DNA from: Schizochytrium sp. TIO01
Lineage: Eukaryota; Protista; Bigyra: Labyrinthulomycetes
Reading direction: 5' to 3'
DNA: 64,000 bases
NCBI GenBank assembly: GCA_004764695.1
Contig: SMSO01000004.1
Coordinates: 868,001-932,000, forward strand
Shown here piece after piece: positions 56,341 through 64,000 of this stretch (within the stretch, counting starts at the first letter, position 1; each line of letters opens with the position of its first letter). The position numbers were made by a program, and so were the translations under genes. The notes under the pieces are model-generated. The model had not been told where the DNA came from. It made no database searches and saw nothing but the letters and a program-made list of their open reading frames with translations.

Positions 56341-58006
56341 CTAATCTGTCATTTCGGTGCCATCTGCATTCTCATCAGGCTCTTCTTCCAGCTCGATCCT
56401 AGAAAATTGGGCAGACTTTGTAGCCGGAGAGTAGAACACAAATGATGCATCAAGTGCGAAAGACCCAGGGTTGAGGATGGTAGATCCATCATGTTTGGTG
56501 ATTGTTTGTGCAGAAGTCTCTGCAACAACTAGTGTAGTAGGTTGGGGATAGAGGCGAAGAGCATGATCCCACGCGTGATGGATTGGCCTTGCGTGTACCG
56601 GTAGAGGACACAAGTGGGATTGCTGCAAATAAGTCCGTGCCTGATGCTCTGCCATGCTCCACTTAGACTCGTCTGGTTCGCACACGCAGAACCGACGCAT
56701 TTTACGAAGCATCTCCTCACGAAAGAGCACGACTTCCTGGGTCAAGTATTTGATTCGACAAGGGTTCGTTGGAAAACTTGAACTTTGCATTTGGCACAAC
56801 TGATTGAATCATTTGCTCGAGGTCTCGTGTAAAGAATTTTGGAAGTGCGTGTTGAGGTAAATTTCCTGCGTTCGCAACTGGATCACGCGGCCCGGGCATG
56901 ATCACAAATGTAGAGCTTTCCAACAAACGTGGTACCTCAACAAGAAGATCTCCTAGCTTTGTCATAAGGCTTTTGTACTCCTTAGCGCTACACTGACCAT
57001 CTCCTTCGCCGAACGGAAGAGAGCAAAAGTTGCCCATGAAAGCAAACAAAAGGGGTGCTTCGTCCAAATCTTCGTAAGCTTGTAGCATCCGACGAAGGCT
57101 AGCGACAACCGTGGGGTTGTCGAGGTGAATTTCAGAGACTATGACAAAGGCCGCTTCCTCGTGGGCAGCCTCAAGTTTTCGCATATTCTCTATCGTGCTT
57201 TCTGGTAAAGGGTCGCCACCTCGTACAAAGTCAAGGTTTCCATGAGCTGCAAGTGAATCAGCGCGATCTTCTACGGGAGGTGCCATGATACTTTCTGCCA
57301 CTAGAACGCCTTCTGAAAGTTCGCCCTCTACCAGAACAATGGAGCCTTCCATAATGAGGCCAGGGCCGACACGTGCATTCTTCAAGTCTAGTTCAACTTT
57401 GCCATTCAGGTCTTCAAGGCACAACTTTCCATCACTAGATCGGGTGATCATACCAAGAACGCAACTGTTAGAGATGCCAGAGGCAGCCAAACTTTCGATT
57501 TGCGTGAGCTGGATATAAACACCATCGTTGGACCCAGCCCTCACCCGGCGTCTTGAGGGATCAAGTGAAGTCGCCCCGACGACAGGCGGCGCAAATGCAG
57601 GGTTTCGGAGCACACGTTGCTTGATGAGGGTCAATCTATCACGGAGTGCATCGATACGACCCTTAGCGTTAAGTTCCACTGGCGCTTCGTAAAAGACTCG
57701 TCTCGTCATATTCCAGTGAAATGCAGGCATGTCAAATGCGCTAATTACCTCTAGATTCGCTTGCTCCATCTCCGCGTCTTCTTGCGAGAGATCTCGCACC
57801 ACCTCGCGCACAACATCTCTATTCACTGGCTGTCCAGCTTTCGTACGCGCCTTGATAGCGTCCATAATAATCCTCAGCGAGTCAAGGGCATTTTCTTCTC
57901 TTCGCAAAACTGACTCAAGCGCATGTACCGCTTCCGGTCTCACGCTCAACCCGCTTAGTCGAAACTCCTTCTGGATGGACCTCTTTAACTTGAGGTCACT
58001 CGACAT
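56341..58006 (-). CDS. POLE2: DNA polymerase epsilon subunit B (POLE2/DPB2), split by a +1 frame break near 56770
   Basis: VISAFDMP, LCLEDL, IVLVEG, SEIHLD, FMGNF and PGPRDP in the first frame; NPCRIKYLTQEVVLFREEMLRKMRR, QSHLCPLP, WDHALRLYPQP and NPGSF in the +1 frame. Confidence 0.93.
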
Positions 58007-58852
58007 CTTGGTCTCCACTTGGTACGTGTCCCAGTTTTATATATTTCCTTCGTCCAGCCCGACCCTTAATCAACTCGACAGTCCCAAACGTACGAAGTTC
58101 TACACTGTCAGTTGAGCCTTTGCTCGCTCCATCGATCAATCACAGTCGATATAGGTACTCTCGACATTCTCTCGCTCTTACTTTCTGAATACCCACACGG
58201 TGGTCGTTAGGTCATACCGTTCCCAATGTTCTACCCGTTCCCTCTGTTCCCATATATGAAGGTTTCATGTAACTTACAAAGTGTAACGATTTGGCGAAAC
58301 CGACAGAGTCTGGTACTGCTTGGAAAGGTCCCGCAGGCACGCCGGCTTTTGCCTGAAGTATCTAGACTAGAGTAGAGTACTGCGTAGAAAGCTACCCTCA
58401 CAAAGGGATGAGGAACACTATTCAGAGAAAGCGGGCGTCGATGAACTCAGATAGGCACTACAAACTGCTTAGGTAGATATGCCGCTTGCAGGACTCGTTT
58501 AATGGGTTGCATGTCATTGTAAAACTCGTCTTTGACAATTGTAAATATGCCCTTTTTGCTCTCTTTTGGCCTTTTTAGTAGCCTAGTAGTTGGCTAGGAG
58601 ATAGTGTTAGGAGTAATCATGTAGTTTGGGGATCCGAGTCTCTTCTTCTCTGGGGTGGATAAACTCGATCAGCGTCGAGTCGAGGACGCCACGGACCTTT
58701 GGCGCCCTTGTCACAGGCGTAGTCAACACGAAGAGTCACGGAGGAGTGTTGGATAGCTCCGCCTGAGCCGACTGATATCGTAGACCTTAGATTCGGATTC
58801 AGAAGCCTTTAGGAGTTCGTGACTTGGTGTTGCAGGAAGGCAGACAATAGCC

Positions 58853-59464
58853 ATGGGCGGAAAGCCATCTTCGCAGCGGGCTAGGTTTCTTGCGTACCGC
58901 GAGGCGCTTGAGGCGCGGGTGGTGGATCAGATCATTGCTAAATTTGCGGAAGATGCTACACTGACATTTTACAATGCGCAAGACCGCATGCCTGTGATCT
59001 TCAAGGGCAAAAAAGAGCTTGAGAACTTCTTTGCGCTCTACGTGCAGACGGTCCCGGCTTTCCGCGTGGATATTAAAAGCGACGACCCCGTGGTACCCGC
59101 TAAGACAGACAGCAAAGACTCTTCAGCGTCTGGGCCAAAGGCAGACGGTAAAGCGGAAGGCGATGCGGACAACGACGCGGAGAGAGCTGCGATGGAAGAG
59201 GCTGCAGATCTCGCATCGCACAGTTCGACGATCGCCGAGGCGGTTCTTGTGGCTAGCTATTTTGATGATGTAAAACGTATTGCATCAATCACATACAAGT
59301 GCCCTGCAAAGGGCTACCGCTTTGTGCAGGAGACCTTTATCGCAGAGAAGGAGCTTTTCACCTTTGCATCAATTACTATGGACTCCTCCACTGATTACGC
59401 CGGCCTTGCGCTCGTCGACCACACACCAGTTGACCAGGAAGACAATACCCCCCAGGATGCCTAG
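58853..59464 (+). CDS. NTF2/SnoaL-like fold protein, possibly N-myristoylated
   Basis: MGGKPS start; Y.EALEAR.VDQIIAKFAEDA....FKGKKELENFF matches the SnoaL-like N-terminal pattern; coding-like codon bias. Confidence 0.6.
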   Translation: MGGKPSSQRARFLAYREALEARVVDQIIAKFAEDATLTFYNAQDRMPVIFKGKKELENFFALYVQTVPAFRVDIKSDDPVVPAKTDSKDSSASGPKADGKAEGDADNDAERAAMEEAADLASHSSTIAEAVLVASYFDDVKRIASITYKCPAKGYRFVQETFIAEKELFTFASITMDSSTDYAGLALVDHTPVDQEDNTPQDA

Positions 59465-60220
59465 CTCTATGGGCTTATAAACACCTTCTGGCACATTACA
59501 ATGTTGGAAGGCATCGCATCGCGTCAATTGACCCTTTAATTCACCAATTCGTTAATAAAATCGTTCTTTGAAATTAGTGTAGACCATTTAACTAAATCAA
59601 CCATCCACGTCCACTCTGTAAAACCCCCGGGATATCTTCTTTCTTTATAATGCCGCTGATGTACGTGCCCCTTCACAGTAAATGAATTTTGGTGTGTCTG
59701 TATCTTGCCTACCAGTTTAAGATTTTGCGTGAACTATACATTCTTCTATCAACTGCCCCTTTTCCAAACTTTGCTTCGGTGCGTCTTTGTCCCGCTCACG
59801 CACTCAAGCTGCTATGAATATTTCACCCTTTTCCATTCTATCGGTTAGCAGACCACGAGAACTGCTCCTGTATCCTATATCGACCTTACTTGTGCTAATC
59901 CTAGTAGATGCGAGTAAGAGTACATTAGGGTGTGTTCTCTCCGTAGCAATGATTTTGATTGAAGAACTCGAAAGCGCAGAAATTTGAAATTCAAAACTCG
60001 CCTCTTCGAGGAAAGCAGACGTGGAACCATTTGAGGCGGACACACCAGTGCCCGCGAAGCGCTCTCGCGCGAGCACTGAGGACTAACACACTTCAGGGAC
60101 ACGGGCACGAGGACCACTGCTACTAGTTTCTGCGGTTTTCAAGGTTTGCTTGCAATCAGGGCCATTGGCGATCAGCCTGGGAGGAACGTGGTTTGAAAGT
60201 CAGAAACACAAACGCTGGAA

Positions 60221-61636
60221 ATGCCTCGAAAACCAGAGTTATCATTGTCAGATCAAAGCATGGCGCCGCATTCACCAGAGCCAGGCCCCATACTTCGCTA
60301 TCGAAGGTCCCATGAAATGCCTGAAAAAGGTCGGTCTGCAAGGTTGCGGCGGCGGACCCGGGCAACCCTCCCAAGATGCACACAGAGCCAAGAGCCTGCT
60401 AAGGACTCTACCCCCCGAATCTCGCCGTTGCTCGCCTTACCACTGGAATTGGAGCGGGGGGTTCTGGAATACTTGGACGCGTGCTCACTTGCGAACTTGA
60501 GCATGACGGAGAATAGGCGTCAGAAATTTGAAATGGTAAATTTAGTTAACCAAATCGCCCTTGAAAAGGTTTCACGAGACTTTTCTGAGGACTTGGTCAA
60601 CACCATGAAAGCCTGGGTTCAGGACTCAGAGAACAATCGACAGCACATGCGTACTCTCGCGGCCCAGCCGCAGCTCATTAATATTCGAAACTACGCTAGT
60701 GGTAAGCTTGGTTTAACTCTCAACAGATTACAAACCCGCCTTGATGATATGGGGAAAACACCACTAAAATGGGTTATGTGCTGGTTCTCATCATCCTTGA
60801 TTCAGTTTGTGGAACAAGTTGATAATGAACACGAGGAGTTCGGTACGGATTCTTCATTGCTATGGGGGGCCGAGGAGTATCGAAGCATTCAACGAGCTTC
60901 ACTTTTGGACAATCCAATCGCTCATCGAGAACGAGCGATTCGCATGTTCACCAAGCTCAGTACTAATAGCAAGAAAGAAGTTAATGCTGCACGTTACTGT
61001 CACGGTATCTTTTGGCTGCAACGAGCTGCACCTTACGATCATCTAGCCAAATCTCTCCTAGCATCGGGTTTGAGCTTCCCTGATGAATTTGATGTTCCAG
61101 AGCTTAAGGAAGGGCTTGATGTGCATCTTATACTAGCGTTGTATCAAGATGCAGCATCTTTTGGACTTTTGGATGCCCAAGTCAATTTGGGGATGATTTT
61201 TACCGGAAAATTCATGCCATTTCCAGAGAATCTGCGTGCATCATTTTGTGATCACGAAATTTCGTACAAATGGTGGTCTAAGGCCGCAAACTGCGGACAG
61301 CCGGAGGCACTTATTAATCTTGGTCATATGTATGCACAAGGCAACGCCCCGGACTGCCACGGCGTTCCGAACGAGCAGAGAGCTTTCAAAATCTGGCATC
61401 GGCTGATGCATGCTGGGGATCTTCGAGGAAACTTTCTCATTGCACTCTGCTATGCGAATGGACGCGGAGTTAGACAAAACTACGATTCAGCTATCTCTAT
61501 TTTATGTGATGTAAAGAACCGTGCGTCTGGCACTCGCCTTGGCGCGGAGGCTACATCAACTCTTCGAACCATTTTAGCATCGTTTGCGCATCACCAAAAT
61601 CCTAACATGGTTGCTAACCCACAAGGTGCAGAGTAA
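60221..61636 (+). CDS. F-box + SEL1-like repeat protein
   Basis: F-box LLALPLELERGVLEYLDACSLANLS; SEL1 units AQVNLG, ALINLGHMYAQG, IALCYANGRGVRQNYDSA. Confidence 0.8.
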   Translation: MPRKPELSLSDQSMAPHSPEPGPILRYRRSHEMPEKGRSARLRRRTRATLPRCTQSQEPAKDSTPRISPLLALPLELERGVLEYLDACSLANLSMTENRRQKFEMVNLVNQIALEKVSRDFSEDLVNTMKAWVQDSENNRQHMRTLAAQPQLINIRNYASGKLGLTLNRLQTRLDDMGKTPLKWVMCWFSSSLIQFVEQVDNEHEEFGTDSSLLWGAEEYRSIQRASLLDNPIAHRERAIRMFTKLSTNSKKEVNAARYCHGIFWLQRAAPYDHLAKSLLASGLSFPDEFDVPELKEGLDVHLILALYQDAASFGLLDAQVNLGMIFTGKFMPFPENLRASFCDHEISYKWWSKAANCGQPEALINLGHMYAQGNAPDCHGVPNEQRAFKIWHRLMHAGDLRGNFLIALCYANGRGVRQNYDSAISILCDVKNRASGTRLGAEATSTLRTILASFAHHQNPNMVANPQGAE

Positions 61637-63004
61637 AATACTTGAAGTTCAAGTGTCTTGTTCTCCTTCTTAGTTGGAGGGTGCAGGAAGAAAATGAAAC
61701 GAATGGTATCCTCATTGACACTCATTTCTCTTACCGAGCTGGTCTTGTCTCTAATATTACCTCTGCATCTTCTTGGATATTTGGCGTGATAAATATTCAG
61801 AACCAAGCAACAATATTCGTGAATTATCACTAATTTGAAAGGAATTGATATTGACTTTACTTTGAGTAAACCCAGTTTGATCAGTTGCTCCATTTACTTG
61901 GCTTGGGTGCTATCAACTTTTCTTCGCAAAATCCAAAACACTCCATCGTTCTGTCTGGAAAGACAGATTTCAAATGTATATCTTGCTACAATCAGCTCAG
62001 AACAAGTTTAGGTTGAAGAAGAAGTACTCAAACGAGCGGAGTACGCACCTACTTGACCATCAACAGTAGGTACTTATGCAATAATGATTACCTTCTCTTT
62101 CTTAGATATTATGCGATATGACAGTATCTCTTCCAACAGGCAAAATTCAGAGTGCTTCTACATGATGCAATTTATCTGTTGTTTAATTATCAGAAGTTGT
62201 TAATGGTCTTGCAGATTTAAGAAATGACCTGATATTGGCTACAATTCGAGGCAACTCGCATCGTTGACGGCACAGCTCGAAAACATTTAAGTTTAATAGC
62301 AGATGGCTCATCAGCTCGCTCAATTTTTATACTATGAATGAGAACTCCACAATGGAATGACTACTACGAGCAGTTGACTTCTAACTAGAAGTATAAATTT
62401 TACCTAAGTAATATCCCTCGCTCACAACCATCTGAAATTTGTAGGTTTGATCAGACATTTCATCAGGGAAGAAAACCACGATTTGATGTGCCAAGCTTCA
62501 ATTGATAACTGACGGACGACCTCGAGGTGGATCAGATTGGCGATGGTCTGCGATTCAACTTGAAGTCCTCTTGCAGGCCTCGCGCCCGCCAACACTGGGC
62601 GCGTGGCTCCTATTGTTCTTTATGTGCGTGCGTCTCCTTCTCAAAAGTTGGCGCCTGTGCAGACAGTGAATTGTTTAAATTCATATTCTAGAGACTCATT
62701 TCTGCAAAACCGATTCAATTTAGTCAACACATAGCCTTTCTTCAAGACGGCGTGTATGACCCCGCGCTGGGAGCACTGTCTTAAAGAGTGCTCGCAAAAT
62801 GGGCCGTCCTCTGGCTTGGACGTCAGCAATCATCGCTTTCAAGTTGCGTGTGCACAAGTTGTTTGTGGAACTTCTGCATCTTCCACGTATGGATGAATGA
62901 AAAACCTTTTAATCAACCATTATTATGATATCTCCTGCTTTTATAGTATATAAAGCAACAGGGAAAGTTTTTTGCCGTGTCTAAATTTTATTTTCACAAC
63001 TACA

Positions 63005-63009
63005 CTATT

Positions 63010-63042
<33 letters not shown>
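63005..63042. repeat. (TTA)n microsatellite
   Basis: Seen directly. Confidence 0.9.
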
Positions 63043-64000
63043 TTAATTAAAACACTAAATAAAATAAAAATAAAGCAAATGGTTCAGAAAGTTAATTATA
63101 AACATCTGAGGCGGCCTATCTTGTTTTAATTAATAAAGAAAGAAAAAAGAAAGAAGGTACTAGCATGATATAGGAATCTATGGTATCCTCTAGAGAGGAG
63201 TAAAGAAGAAAGCTCTTGCATACTTGTCGGACAGCTTTGACGTAATAAGTGTTTGTTTTGGCTTGAGCTTTCACAGAAGCTAACTTCATTAATCCTTTGA
63301 CGCCAAAGTTTCATTCTTGTGTACGGGCAAAAGGCTTCTTATGTTTTCAGTCGTCTATAAATTTAGCCTTTGCCCTCATCCGTTCTTGAATTGGGATAGC
63401 AAACTCCAATTATGATAAGAATTAAAGTCCGTCAACTCATCTAGCTAGAGCTATATCTTATTTAGTGTCCTGATTCCCAACAACGCTTGTCATGATATTA
63501 TAGTAGTAGAATAGCAGTTCCTTGTGCCTGTTCTCCATCTTTATTTCTTCCGAATCCTGTCGTTGCGATATACCTTTTCTGTTCTTTACTCCGAACTCTG
63601 TTGTTTTGGTCCAACTTATATTTCCCTCATCTTAATGCGCGTTCGCAGTCAGAGCCGAGAGAGTCGGGCATGTTGCAAGCCTCTCCGGCTCGCTTGTGCC
63701 CGCTGCCTGGCTCGCTGTGCAACCTTGCTACTCCAAGAAGGTTCTTCATATGCCAACCTCAAATCTCGGGCTTACCTTGATTTTCTGTGCGCCGTATTTG
63801 CTGGTGATGAGCGACCTTGAGAATGAATTTGGTCATTACGGTAATATACAATGGCAATGAAATGATGATTAAGGTCAAGGCCACTGTAGGGATAATGGCC
63901 CGAGCTTCAAATGACCCCCTTTTATTTTGTGCATGCTGCTGGTGTCTCGAGGTTCACATGTACCATTGGTTCACGTCCCGCATGCTGAAATGCTCAAAAG

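Overview
Eukaryotic nuclear DNA that is gene-dense and intron-poor, with GT-AG introns, long microsatellites and AT-rich spacers. Gene content and style suggest a heterotrophic stramenopile such as a thraustochytrid/labyrinthulomycete; that is inference only. The window holds about 18 protein-coding genes: the 3' end of an AT-less type I PKS (KS end-cMT-KR-ACP-TE), a CaMK-type kinase, an NTT/TLC-like MFS transporter, a stand-alone eukaryote-type dethiobiotin synthetase, mitochondrial Lon, a bacterial-type N-formylglutamate amidohydrolase, a putative GT-A glycosyltransferase, two paralogous claudin-like proteins, an ABCB/MDR exporter, an ankyrin-TRP channel, a J-domain/FN3 protein, an ADP-ribosylglycohydrolase, an EF-hand/WD40 protein, a two-repeat voltage-gated channel, POLE2, an NTF2-like protein and an F-box/SEL1 protein. 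The most notable items are: (i) a 2x6TM channel built from two BacNav/EukCat-like repeats with TFEDW/TLEDW filters and C-terminal EF-hands, head-to-head with the EF-hand/WD40 gene; (ii) the PKS terminal module, with no AT domain, His in place of the KR Tyr and a Cys-nucleophile TE, near a transporter and an unfused BioD; (iii) an 8-Cys extracellular insert in the ABCB; (iv) three separate +1 frame breaks, one in the essential POLE2, probably assembly errors. I recognised no rRNA, tRNA, CRISPR array or intact transposon.
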